Origin: Eledone cirrhosa
Lineage: Eukaryota
Assembly: GCA_964016885.1 (NCBI GenBank)
Contig: OZ024742.1
Coordinates: 309,132,001-309,196,000, forward strand
Length of the DNA stretch: 64,000 nt
Reading direction: 5' to 3'
In this document: in pieces, positions 1 to 12,400 of the stretch
Numbering within the stretch: the first letter of the stretch is position 1
How the letters are laid out: each line of letters opens with the position of its first letter
Made by a program: the position numbers and the translations under genes
Notes under the pieces: generated by a model
The model's input: the letters and a program-made list of their open reading frames with translations, nothing else
What the model was told of the DNA's origin: nothing
Databases searched by the model: none

Positions 1-139
1 TTGGTATCAACCTTTTTGATACTGTGTCTATTTCTCTAATATAAAACTGTCCCTTAAAAATTGTTCCAATTTGTTCATAATTTTATATATGAATTTTTTT
101 TCAAATATCAGCTTAATAACAAAGAAGTTAGTTGTTCTT

Positions 140-600
140 CTTTGACCACTTATTCCTGAGAGGGCCATTGGAGCAGTCCTCAAACACTCCTTCCATCTCC
201 AACTGATTCAGCTGGATCCCCAAGCGAAACCACCCAAGCTCATGGATATTGCTCAGTGTCTACCTCTGGGTCTCCTGCCAGTTGGTTTTGCCCTTAAAAT
301 CTGTCCAGTGATTCTTTCCTAAGACATTCAACCACATGGCCATCATGTCAGTGCTGTGATCTCTCAATTTGGAAAAGTAGCAGCTCTATCTTAAGTGACT
401 CTCTGATCTCCAAGCTACGTACTTTATAGAGTAACATTACTCCAAAGACCCCTCAGAGGAACCACATTTTGGCTGCTTGTATACGCAATAGAACACTTTC
501 GGTCATTACCCAACATTCATGACCATAGGTAAGGGTTGGCACGAATACCAAATTGAAGATAGCAAATTTGGCTTTTACACCTACCTCCCTTCTTCTGATC
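140..600 (-). mobile_element. Old RTE-clade LINE 3' fragment (RT thumb region), decayed
   Basis: The minus-strand frame reads VFVPTLTYGHECWVMT...IQAAKMWFL...VRSLEIRESLKIELLLFQIERSQ, typical of the RTE C-terminal region. Related fragments occur at about 12480-12815, 21225-21370 and 32560-32800. Confidence 0.65.
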
Positions 601-2289
601 ACTGAATGCTGAAGCTGTAAAGTTGGTTAATTTACTAAATCCATCCAAATTGTTAATTATTTTCAAAACATAGATGGTATATTTTATGAGGAATATGATT
701 AATGAATGAATGAATGAATAGCCTACAAAATGACAAAGTTGCTTGTTATTGCTTTTGCATGTCTTCATATTTACATAAATGTTCATGTTTGTGTGTACAT
801 ATATGTACAGATCTAAACCATACACTTCTATACTTTCACACTTATAAATTTTAGATATATTATATTCATTATCATTGTTTAACAGCAATTTTTCATGATT
901 GCATGGTTTAGATGGGCTGTCATGTTCTGAGAATAGACAGATCAGATGACTGTCTCACTCATACGTTCCATTCTGCCATGGTATCTACAGACGGATGCCC
1001 TTCCTAACACAAGCCACTATAAGCCAGGCTGAAAAGGCAGTAATGCAAGTAGAGGCAGTTACTTCTAATAAAAGTTTTGCCTATGTGGTTTGGTCACAAA
1101 ATACGAGTGTGTATGTGAGTGTATATATACACAAACACACACACATATATGTATCTATATATGTGTGTGTATATAGATAGATAAATATATATTCACATAT
1201 CAACATTTTACATTCACTTTCTTCCATATTGGCAAGGGTTGGACAGATTATCACGGTCTAAAACTTGACTAGTCAGGAATCTGTCTTACTCATATGTCCT
1301 ATATTTTGACATGGCTTTTGTAGCTACATGTTTTTCCTAACTGCAACCACTTTACAGAGTACACTGTGTATTTTTTATTACAGTACCACCACTACCACTT
1401 TACAGAGTGTACAGGGTGCATTTTTTCATGTCACCAGCACTAGAGAGGTTGTCATATTTTCAGCCAAACTGAAGAGTCCTGGGTAATTTTTGCTGATATT
1501 CTCTCTTCAAATTCTATTCATTGTCTATACATTCTATACAAAGATCTTTGAATTCAATTAACAGTTGCCAATTTGAAACAATGGATTCACTTTGTTTATC
1601 ATTAAGTGTTGATCAGGCCGTTTCAGATATATCGACTCTAGTTGCTTTCGTGTAACGATGTCGAAGATTCATGTATGTATATATATTAGATTACTTCAAT
1701 AGTTGTAATAATTGGACCAATCATTTATTGAGAAAATTCAGAGAGAGAAAGACAGAGTAGTGAGGGAGAGGATGAGGAGAGAATGAACAAGACGAGAGAA
1801 ACAGACAGAAAGAGAGAGAGAGAGAAGTGTAATAGAAAGAGGAGGAAATTAAAAGGATCAGATTAATTTTCCACCACCATCAACACTAACAGCAACAACA
1901 TCACTGTCATCACTGCCACCAACAACAACACCATCATCATCATCATCATCATGGACCTCTTCACCATCACCACCACATCAAGTAGGTCACAAACTAATAA
2001 ATGTTATACAAAGGAGGGGCAGTGGTGCAGTATCTAATATATAACTGGGGGAATTGAGATTAAATCTTACTAGAATGTAAACTCAATAACAGATAGATGG
2101 TGGAGTAGTAGGTTGACGGGATGTAATGAGATGTTGTAAGAGAGAGGAAATGTTATTGGAGAAATGTATTGATCCTGTCACAGACCCTGTCACAATTAAA
2201 TCATACATTTCCTCTAACCACCAGTAAATATATGACAAAGAACAGAAGAAAAAACAAAAACAAAAAAAAACAGGAAAATTAAATACAAA

Positions 2290-2379
2290 TATATATATAT
2301 ATGTGTGTGTATATATATATGTGTGTGTGTATATATATATGTGTGTGTGTATATATATATGTGTGTGTGTATATATGTG

Positions 2380-2436
<57 letters not shown>

Positions 2437-2455
2437 ATAAGTGTGTGTATATATA

Positions 2456-2490
<35 letters not shown>

Positions 2491-2600
2491 ATGTATATAT
2501 GTATGTATATATATATATATACATTATATATGTATATATAATGTATACATGTATATATATATAATGTATATATGTGTATATAATGTATACGAGTGTGTGT
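2290..2600. repeat. Compound (TA)n/(TG)n microsatellite
   Basis: Directly visible. Confidence 0.95.
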
Positions 2601-2877
2601 AAAGAACAGGCAAAATGAAAGGGAACAAATTATATAAAAATAAGAAAAAAGAAAGAGGAAAAATAAATTCAGGAAAAAAAAATAAAGAAAATTTTTAAAA
2701 CAAACTTAAAGAATTTGATGTAAAAATATGCAAAAACCAAACAAAAATCAATTAAATGAAAAAAGTTAAGAACTGAGAGAGCAGCAACAATTACTATAGA
2801 AACAGCAGAATGGCATAAAAACAGCATTTCCAATATGAAATGTGTACGTGTGCTTGTGCGTGTATACCTATACCTCA

Positions 2878-3460
2878 ACAGTGCTCGGCAACCATCATCG
2901 CCCTTTTGTTCAACACTGACACAGGAACAATGTACTAGTTTCAAGCTTATTAGCTATCATATACATACTTATATTTAAGTAACAGCCGTACTAAGAGTGA
3001 GAAATGAAATTTCGTTTCATTCTTTTCCATTTATCGTTTCGGTATACCCGGCCGACTCACTCACTCGATATGCAAATAAGGCTGCTCAGCCGTTAATATG
3101 CATAAGGAAAGTATATACTTTCAGACGTTCAACCATCTGGCAGGAAGGTATACGATGCTGACGATAGCTAATTAGCTTGAAACTAGTAAATCTTTCTCGT
3201 GTCAGTGTTAAACAAAAGGGCGACGATGGTTGCCGAGCACTGTACGGCATAATTCGGGATGTTTGTTTACGAACAAACCGAACATTATAATAAATGTTCG
3301 GTAAACCCATACGTACATATATATATGTGTGCACGTATGTATATATATACATACTGGTGTGCGTCTGTACACACTTAAATGTATGTACGTATACATACAT
3401 ACATTTAAGTATCAGCCGTACTAAGAGTGAGAAATGAAATTTTGTTTCATTCTTTTCCAT
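2878..3460 (+). mobile_element. Small non-coding hammerhead-bearing repeat (Penelope pseudo-LTR- or retrozyme-like)
   Basis: Direct repeat 2973-3030 = 3403-3460 (430-bp period). 2878-2959 is an inverted copy of 3162-3243. Hammerhead core at 3158-3188. Confidence 0.6.
3153..3193 (+). ncRNA. Minimal type I hammerhead ribozyme motif (stem I partly decayed in this copy)
   Basis: cgatg-CTGACGA-t agct aatt agct t-GAAA-CTAGT-A, with a palindromic ACTAGT stem III. The inverted copy has cattg after the cleavage triplet, which can pair with cgatg. Confidence 0.6.
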
Positions 3461-3477
3461 ATATATATATATATATA

Positions 3478-5556
3478 GGGTAGGTAAAATTCCTGAGATC
3501 CATGGACGAGTTCTCTCCAGCAGTCTCTGTCTTTCATCATCGCTGCCATGTCCTGCGTCTCCAACAGACCAGTGTCTGTCCTTAGGGCATCAATATATGT
3601 CAACCTCGGTCTCCCTCCTCTAGTGTGTCCGTGTAGGGGCGCCCATAGGAGCACTAAGTGCAGTGTCGACTCTGAATTTCGGTCAGCATGTCTAGCTAAC
3701 CTCAGTCTCCTCTGTGTTACTTTTGAGCTGACTTTTAGGAGGCTCCCATACAGCTCTGAATTCTTCATCCTCAGTGTATACTGATTAATATGCAGAGCCA
3801 TCCTCAGCATTCTCGTAGCACCCATCCATCATCTGAGTGAGTTTCTTGGTCAGTGCCCAAGTCTCAGACCCGTACAGTAGCACAGACTCCACTGTAGCAA
3901 TGAAGAGTCAGATCTTCAGGTCCTTACAAAGGTCCGACTTCCACACTGATCTTAAACTGTGGCATTCCATCCAGGCTTTGCTCTTAACCACATCATCCTC
4001 TGCGTCCCCAATCTTTGCTCCCAGATACAGGAAGTCCTCAACCAACTCTAGCAGCTTCCCACCTACATTCATAATCTTCTCTGGCTTCTTAATGTTCTCT
4101 ACCAGATACTTCATCTTAATCTCATCCCCACTCATCAACACTGCCTCCTTCACTGTGTTTGTCCCCAGAACTATGTCGTCAGTAAATTCAGCATCTGATA
4201 TCTTTTTAGTCTTAACTCTGAGCCCGTGCTACAGTAAAGCCAGAGTTCTGGTGTTTCTCCGGCACAAGGTGCATACAATAGTCCACTGCAATGATAAAAA
4301 GGTGGGGAGCCAATGTATCTCCCTGGAGCAATCCAGCCAATATCTCAAAGAACTCCGTCATCCCGTCAGGTGTAATGACTTGGGCTCTGGTGTTGGTGTA
4401 GAGTAGTGATATCAGGTCCACTATCTTTCTGGGGATTCCATAAGCCTGTAAGATCATCAGGCAGTGATGGTCCAGGCAGGCTCTTTGTTCTAGCTCCCTC
4501 TTATATCCACCTCAGCATCAGGATGTGACTGGTGGTTGATCTTCCCTCTCTGAAGCTGTTCTGGTTGTCCCTGAGTTTCTTCTCCATCTCGGGCTGGATC
4601 CTGTTGAGTGTCTTTGCCACAAGTGACGTCAGTGAGATCCCCCTGTAGTTGTTGGTCTTAGATCTCTCTTCTTTGGCACTAGAACAATGTTACTGACTGA
4701 CCCTCCACTGATTCAAGGCACCTCCTTTCTCCAGTGCCTGGTTACAGAACTCCAGGATATCATCAAAATCACACCTCTTCATCGTCTCTGATGCCACTCC
4801 ATCTTCTCCATGTGCCTTTCCCTCCTTGATCTTCTTGGCTCTCTGAATCTCTCTCTGGCGAAGGGTCCTGTCTCAATATCCAGTTCCTCAAACAGCTACC
4901 TGATATCCCCAGTGTTCTGGGCTGTGGAAGGCGGCTCTCCTAGTAGGGTCTTAAAATGGTCCAGCCATTTCCTCTTCCTATCCTCAAGCCCTGTGCCCTG
5001 GATCTAATTCAAACTCCCTCTCTTCCTCCATATGATCTTGTTGATGATCGTCCAGCTCTCTTTACACCTATACCTGTCAACCGCTCTCTCTCCCCACATC
5101 TGATCTCTATCAGCGCCTCCTCTCTGCCCTCAGTGTAAATGGTACAGAGTTCTTCCTTCATCACCTCCATATTCTCCTTCCTCTCCTCCGTAGGATCAGC
5201 ATGGAATTGGTCCTTGGCAGCTTTCAGGTGTTCTCTGGCTGCACACACTTTTGTGTCTGCAGAGCTGATTCCTCTTCTCCAGGGCCTCACTGCATTGGTG
5301 AAGTACTCTTACCTCCTAATCACACTCTCCTCAGCCCCATCAATCTCTCTCTCCTTTGCCTCTCCACACAGAGCACTGAACCGGTTCCTCACTTCTACTG
5401 TGTACATCTCCTGAGGCTTATCTTCCTTGAAAGCTCTCCAGTCATAGATTGCTTTCCAGGGCTGAGCCTTACTCTTTCTTAAGCTCACCCAGACCTCACT
5501 CAAAACAAGCCAATGGTCACTGCCCAGTGTACTGAAATAATTGTATGGCTCAGATG
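3478..5556 (-). mobile_element. 5'-truncated, frameshifted RTE-like non-LTR retrotransposon (RT and thumb)
   Basis: ORF fragments ILQAYGIPRKIVDLISLLY...GLLQGDTLAPHLFIIAVDY, LELVEDFLYLG and RRLRLARH...GGRPRLTYID. The 3' end abuts (TA)n. Confidence 0.9.
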
Positions 5557-5829
5557 TGAGGAAATTGAAAACACTCGGTCGCTCACTCCAACGTGCCAGG
5601 TGAAATTCACTGTATGTCCAAGTTGGCGTTCAACCAATGTATCGCACCGCATACAACTGTACCACAGTAAATACAAATCGTGATGGCAATCCCGTTACAT
5701 ATAGAGAAAAAGTGTATATATGAAACTCCGCTTCCAGAATCACATGTGGCAGAATGAGCATATATTGATATAATAATAGGCGAGTTTATTATAGTGAGTG
5801 CAAATTTCTGTAGAATATATAGATATATA

Positions 5830-7225
5830 TAGAAGGGAGAACTCACAACCAAACCCGTCAATGACAGCTATGTTATTTATATTTCCGCCACATGGTTTTC
5901 GTTTAGATTATTGACTCCGGAGGTTGCAATCCATTCACAGTCGGGTGTGACCCCTCCTGGGTCGGCGGGAGTTCAATATCCAGTGCTGCATTTTGCCTTG
6001 AGTGTGGTTCTATAATTCATCAAAGCTGGATCACAATTCATATTCAACTAACTCCAAGTTTCAAAGATTAGCCTCTTGCTAGTAACACACAACGGTAGTC
6101 TGAATATAAACACAGGAAGTCGTAGTGTACGTATGAAAGGTATGGGAGGCAATTTGCGTCTTAAAGGGCGCATTCATTTGATATCCAATGGGATGCTGCG
6201 AGTCTTTTGTTTGATTCAAAGCCCTCGGCGATCAACATTCCCTTGGGAGTGTTTTCAATTTCCTCACATCTGTATATGTGCCATACATTTCTTTAACTCG
6301 TCGTACTTTCTTTTATTTTTTATTGTAGATTTTAGGTGTATATCCCAGACCGCCTATGGTGATAAATCCCCTGGGTATAGGTTTTGGAAAAATAGTGTTA
6401 TCTCACTTAACAATCAGGACTGGAACATATCGATGTGGTTCATAGGGTGCGGATATGATAAGGAGAATCGACCTGTTACAAGGCGATATAATTGGAGTAC
6501 ACCATCCCTCATATGGACTATCATACATGTAAGGCTGCACCACTGCTAACCAACTATTCTTTTCACAGACTCATGTTTGCAAACTCTCTTGATTTGCCTG
6601 TACATCCTCTTTTTGCACTGCTTGTGCTTTGAAGCATCTATGCTTTGCTTTGTCTTATATTGTTTTTTGGAGTTTCCGGGCTTTTTGTTCCTTTATTGTT
6701 TTCTATTTTTATATTTATCTCTTTTCTTATCCCTGTATTTTTGTATTATTTTCTTATTGTTTCTGATCATGCTGAGTAATACCCTCACTCATCCCTTGCT
6801 ACCCTCTCCCAACCTCTTTATCATCTATTGCACCATTTAAGTGATACATTTTTGGTGTAATTTTTAATTTTTTAATTCTTAAGGCATTTTATGACATTAT
6901 GTGCATCATGTATTCTGTCTTTTTCCATATAGCGCTGGCCTCGGGACCCCCCTGCTGGTCATTTTACCTTGTTCTGGTGACGCAGCTCGATGGAGCATGC
7001 AACTACTGATATACTCATGTTTATAGGCTCTGAAGATTCCTGCCATGGTGTATGGATGAAACACTGTTAGCTAATGAAACAATGTATTTCTAAGCAGTCT
7101 ATGGTTATTCCTATAACTATAACGGCTCTGTAGTATACTAGTTATCCTACATTGAGCTAAAACCACACTGTCATACCAACGGCAATATATCTACATGTCT
7201 GGGCATATTGATATATTTGTCAACG

Positions 7226-7228
<3 letters not shown>
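5830..7228 (+). mobile_element. Unclassified CpG-containing repeat ending in a hammerhead motif (possible Penelope-like 3' UTR/pLTR)
   Basis: Composition differs from the flanks, TA-rich runs bound it, and a hammerhead motif lies near its right end. No recognisable protein domain. Confidence 0.3.
7026..7072 (+). ncRNA. Type I hammerhead ribozyme motif
   Basis: ggct-CTGAAGA-ttcc...ggat-GAAAC-act-GTT-agct: intact catalytic core, 4-bp stem I, 2-bp stem III, GUU cleavage triplet. Confidence 0.55.
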
Positions 7229-7260
<32 letters not shown>

Positions 7261-7319
7261 CACACACACAGCAAGATGATTGCTTAAGAAAAAAAAGAAG
7301 AAAAGGAGGAGTAAAAGGA

Positions 7320-7361
<42 letters not shown>

Positions 7362-7423
7362 TCTTACCAACTTCAACTGTTGTGGTAGGTGAGCTATTTG
7401 TTTTTTATTCTGTTAAAGTTTAA

Positions 7424-7432
7424 AAAGGATAC
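7424..7432 (-). other. U12-type (minor spliceosome) 5' splice site, GT subtype
   Basis: The minus strand reads CGGATCA|GTATCCTTT, a perfect match to the U12 consensus RTATCCTTT. It lies exactly where PP2C similarity stops (GWRI, with N-MEDAH expected next). Confidence 0.85.
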
Positions 7433-7535
7433 TGATCCGCCATCCTTGCATGCAAGATGAACCAACTTTAACGTAATGATTTTCACAACTGGACGTGTTC
7501 TTTGAAGTAACTGGTTCTGACAATGTATGACCCAT
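7433..7535 (-). CDS. ppm-2: First conserved coding exon of a protein phosphatase 2C (PPM family; Ptc2/Ptc3-like, C. elegans T23F11.1/ppm-2-like); the remaining exons lie outside the window, below coordinate 1
   Basis: Translates to MGHTLSEPVTSKNTSSCENHYVKVGSSCMQGWRI, matching the MGxTLSEPV...GSSCMQGWR(xxMED) N-terminus of this PP2C subfamily. The exon (7433-7537) has a pyrimidine-rich acceptor tttttctccttctgttgcag (AG at 7539-7538) and a phase-1 donor at 7432. MGxxxS is an N-myristoylation consensus. Confidence 0.9.
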
Positions 7536-8650
7536 TTCTGCAACAGAAGGAGAAAAAATAACAGGTAAAATTAAGCTATCAATACATGATGGTTTCTGAT
7601 TTAGGCACAAGGCCAACAATTTTGGTTCTTTATTTTATAAACCCTGTAAGGATGAAAGGCAAAGCTAACCTCGATGGGATTTTGACTCAGAACATAAAGG
7701 GCCACATGTGTAATGTGCAAACAAAGGAAAAACAAAATGTAGTAGAAAACATAAATCCTGACTAATGATTATTTATTTAAATTATTTGCTTTTAAAAATA
7801 AAGTAAAGCAGTTTGTGTTTTCATAATTTTACACAAGTAGTTAAAAAAAAAATGTTTCAAAGCCCATTTATTTCTCTTGGGCCAACTTCAGGTCCATCTT
7901 TAAAATTTCTCAAGCCCACATTGAGAATAACTGAAATAAAACCCTTCTAGGACAGGACAACACTGATACCTCAAAGATCAATGAGAGATCATCTAATGTT
8001 AATCAGATCTAATAATGCAACACAGCAGCTAAATGTTCTTTCATATATCTTAATGATCAAGACAATATGTTCCAAATGTACAATCTTATATATAGAACAA
8101 AAGATTTTATCCATTTTCTAAACTAACTGTTCAGTTCTGGGAAGCACATAATAAAAATGCATTACTGTATTAACTTGATAAATTGAGGAAACAAGTAAAG
8201 ACAAAATATCTAATGCAACACTAGAAATATAAAAGCAAGTAACCAGCTTCATAAATTAACTAATTCAGTGGTAGACAAAATATGACAAGCTGTTAATGGT
8301 AGTACTAACTGAGGTTAGCAACTGACCAAGTTGACATTTTACAATTCTCAGGGATGGAGGAGTCCAAAAAACTAATTGTCTATAGGCTACTAGAATAAAT
8401 TGTACAATTCCTGATCATATCTATTTGAATTTGACTGTCACAAATAAGTATTCAATTTTTTCCGTGTTATAAATTTGCTTCATTAGAAGACACCAGGACT
8501 ATCTAAATAATAGTCATATATAGCTCAGTTGATGGTGTATTAAGGTTTGTACCTAGTCACAAGTATTACACTTTGCATTCTTACTTAAAATAGTAAATTT
8601 AGTATTTAATTATATCAAAGACACCATTATTTAATCTGTCCTTTCCTTAT

Positions 8651-8877
8651 TTAACCCTTTAGCATTTAAACAGGCCATATCCGGCACAAATTGTCTCACC
8701 TTTCTGTTCAAACCAGCCATAACTGGCTGTGCATACTGATATTAAGGTATTGTTCTCAAAATATATAATATCAAAATCTCGTGGATTCGATATTATGTAA
8801 TATAATTATGTAAGATAAAGCCTTTACCACAAAAATACAATAGTATATATAGAGTAATGTAAATGCTAAAGGATTAA
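8651..8877. mobile_element. piggyBac-type MITE family A (~225 bp)
   Basis: Termini TTAA-CCCTTTAGCATTTA ... TAAATGCTAAAGG(G/A)-TTAA. Other copies lie at 11659, 16875, 20501, 49709 and 61034. Confidence 0.8.
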
Positions 8878-9287
8878 GATGGTTGGTTGCTATTTCAGGG
8901 AGATTTTGGTCACTATTTCTAACAGCTTGAGTAACCAAAAAAGAGTTCCTTTGTAAGCTTACATTGAGAGTTTTCTTAGATTAGATTAGCTAAACACTAA
9001 CATACACGCCAGCTCATCTACATCAGAACTGTCTGAATTTAGTTTTGTCCTTTTCTGTTCAAATCCTGCTGAGAACAACTTTGCCTTTCATCTTCCCAGA
9101 GTCAATAAATTAAGTACCAATCATGTAATGAGGTTGCTTTAATCAACTATATCTTCCACAAATAGATTTACGCCCTTTTACCTATGAAATAAACAATTAT
9201 TATTGCATCACATTAAGTTAATATTACTGACACAAATATCTCCTTAAATGGTACTTAACAGAGGAGTTTCTTTTCTATTTTTTTTAT

Positions 9288-9380
9288 ATACACCAGATGT
9301 TCTGATAGTATATACACCAGATGTCCTGATCAAATATACACCAGATGTCCTGATCGTATATACACCAGATATTCTGATAT
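9288..9380. repeat. ~24-bp tandem repeat, about 4 copies (tatacaccagatgtcctgat..)
   Basis: Directly visible. Confidence 0.85.
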
Positions 9381-11269
9381 GCTTGCCATCTTTTCACAAA
9401 TCTTAACATATTTTTAAAGGCTACTGATGATAGAACAAATCAAAATACACACACACCCACAATGTTTATGAAGTGCTTTATGCTAAAAATAGTTATTGGT
9501 GTTGTCTTTTTCTTAGATTTTTTAGATATGAGCCAAATCCATGCCAACATGGAAGGCAGGCATAAAATGATGATAACCCATTCAGAGTGATAATGGTCCA
9601 GCTACTTCACTATGAAAAAGCAAAAATGCATTTACACACACACATCATCACCGTTTAATATCTATTTTTCTATGCTTGCATAGGTTAGACAGGTTGTCAT
9701 ATGAGGCTAGCCAGGTCAGGTGATTATGTCTTGCTCATATTGATTTGCTTTTGGCTCAGTTTTCTATGATTAGATGCCCTTCCTAATGCCAACCACATTA
9801 CAGTATACACTGGGAGCTTTGATTGTAGTGCTACCACTACCACTTTACAGCGTCAATTAAGTGCTTTTTTTGTGGCACCAATACGACCACTTAAAGGACG
9901 GACTGGGTGATTTTTGTTGTGGAGGCAACATTACCCCCCATACAGAGTGGACTAGGTGTATTTTGTCATGGGATTAGCAGTGTTGGAGACACAGGTGTGG
10001 AGTATATCTGGCTTTCTGTGCATGCATGCATTGAGTGGACAGGAAAGGTGTATCAGGAGTGTGGAAAGAAGAGGGGAGTACAAAATCATCATCATTAGAC
10101 ATCTGCTTACCTGTGCTAGACAGGCTGTCATGCACACATATATTTAAAAGATGTAAGTAGACCTACCTAGCCTTTGCTAACAGGGAAAGCGGACATTAAA
10201 CAATGAAGATGATGATCTTATACTTAAATTGATTGGCCATACACAATGACCGACCAACTGAGTGACATGCTAGTGTTGCTTATTTTTCAGACACCCTGAA
10301 AGATAACCAACACTAGCAAGTATATACTGTCTTTATGACCTATGCTAGATTAAGCTTTGAAACCTTAAGAAGCAAGTAACTGTTTCTGGTACCAAGCTCT
10401 AGTAGTAGGTGAAATAAAACAATTGGAGCTTCATCAAAGGCAGTCTTTAACTGAATGTAAACTAAAGACATTAAAATAATGAGAGAGGCAATGAAACTTC
10501 CATCACCACATATCTAATGAATGACATTGCCTGTAATTTTGAAATCATTTTGAAAATAAAAAAAATTTGGAGTTATTAAGTGTAACAACTAACTTTCTTA
10601 TTATCTATCTGGTGTTAGGAACATAACTTGAAGGTTCTGCCATAAAATTATAGTGTTTTAGATAAATATAAACTGTTTTGTATCAAAACCAGGAGCAGTT
10701 TCTGGTGGTTTCATATCAAAAGTGTTAAACAAAATGCCCATTTTAACCACAACCAGATGAAGTTGTAAACCTTATATACAAAGAAGAGTCAAATTTCAAA
10801 ATTAACCAATAAAAACTATATGACCTTAAAATATGTTTTTATAACTTATTCCCTTTATAAATGGAACTGAAATATAACATTCTTAATACTATTTTTATTT
10901 TGCCCTATAATTTCAGTAAATGTACTTTCAATGTTTATCACAGTTATAATCCTATCAACACCATGTAGAAAACATGTGATAACAAGAACAACATAGATCA
11001 AGTAGCGAACATGATAAGGATCAGGTAATTTAAGGCCTTTCTTAGCCAACACCTAATTATTGTTTGATAGCCTGTGTGATAGGATACATATGTAATTACA
11101 GCCATGGAATGATCTTAGAGTTATTCTAGTAGATGCCAGTTGTTGCTGCTGCTACTGTTATTGTTTAATCCCAAGTTAGCTCTGATGGAGTAGATCTATT
11201 ATGAAAGGTATATGAGCATTGGTCATAGCTGAAGCATATATATAGGATGCACCACCCCACCCACTCCCA

Positions 11270-11590
11270 TACATCCCCCATGAGGACAAGCTGAAGTATA
11301 CATCCAGTGAAACCTCCATCCCACACTGTAAAGTGGTTATGATGGCGACACAGCAAAAAGCGCCCAGCCCACACTGTAAAGTAGTCATGTAGGCATCATG
11401 ACAAAAAGCACCCAGTACTCACTGTAAATCAGGTTGGCACGAGGAAAGGCATCTAGCTGTAGAAATCAAGCCAAAATCAGCTCTATATTAGCAAGACACA
11501 GCCACCTGACCTGGCATTGCTCACAACAGGATAACTCGTCTAACCCATGCCAGTGTAGAAAAAGTGGACATTAAACGGTGATGATGATGG
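11270..11590 (+). mobile_element. RTE LINE 3' UTR fragment with (GAT)n tail
   Basis: Similar to the LINE 3' end at about 62030-62340. Confidence 0.7.
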
Positions 11591-11658
11591 TACAAGTTGT
11601 GATCATTCTGTCTTTTGGATTTTTATTTATTTGATCAGCTGTTGACTCCCAACAACAT

Positions 11659-11876
11659 TTAACTCTTTAGCATTTAAACCAACCATATCTGGCCAGAATT
11701 ATCTCATCTCTTTCCATTCAAACCGACCATAACTGGCTACTCATACTTAGGTTAAGGTATGGTATTGTTCTCAAAATAAATATCAAAATCTTGTAGATTC
11801 GATATTATGTGAGATAAAGTGTTTACCATGAAAATACAATAGTAAATATAGAGTAATGTAAATGGTAAAGGGTTAA
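11659..11876. mobile_element. piggyBac-type MITE family A
   Basis: TTAA-flanked, with the same terminal inverted repeats and body as 8651-8877. Confidence 0.8.
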
Positions 11877-12139
11877 ATAAGAACCACCATGGAATGCTGC
11901 TTAACTATCTAAAACAGTACTGCTGCTACTCATACACAAACACATATCCAAAATATGTTATTTAACTTATGAGCAAAACTTCACTCCCCAACACACTACA
12001 TCAGGTTCACAGATTTCCTGTGTCTTTTCTATCTCTACTTCAATTACCTCTATCTATCTAAACTAGTCAGCCATATACCACCAACATCCTGTCCCAGCCA
12101 TCTCATCTACTTTCATCACCCATACTGTGATTTATGCAG

Positions 12140-12400
12140 CAGGCTACCCACACTACTATATTGAGAAACCTTCCTCAACAGACTTACCCACCAGGCTATC
12201 CCACATGTCCAAAAACCTTCCTCCCCAGATTTAGCCATTACTCTACCCACACTAACTACTATATCTAGAAACCTTCCTCTAAAGATTTACCCAGTAAGCT
12301 ACCCACATTAACCTCTATGTCAAGAAACCTTCCTCCACAGATTTACCTATCACTCTACGCCCATTAACCACTATACTCACAAACCTTCCTCCACAGAATC
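12140..12400. repeat. Degenerate ~55-bp minisatellite (ctacccacactaac...gaaaccttcctccacagattta)
   Basis: About 5 recurrences of aaaccttcctc. Confidence 0.7.

Noticed and set aside
1610-1675. Additional hammerhead on the minus strand (GAAACGGCC)
   Set aside because: The CUGANGA box and stem I are missing, so it is too degenerate to call.
2762-2774. TTCTTAAC as the U12 branch point
   Set aside because: No AG at a suitable distance and no MEDAH-coding exon follows.
6076-6840. 157-aa and 87-aa plus-strand ORFs as host genes
   Set aside because: No recognisable domain; they lie in a repeat-like segment antisense within the PP2C intron.
7368-7409. Micro-exon between ttaacag and gtaaga
   Set aside because: It would require a 23-nt intron after the U12 donor and gives an immediate stop in the PP2C frame.
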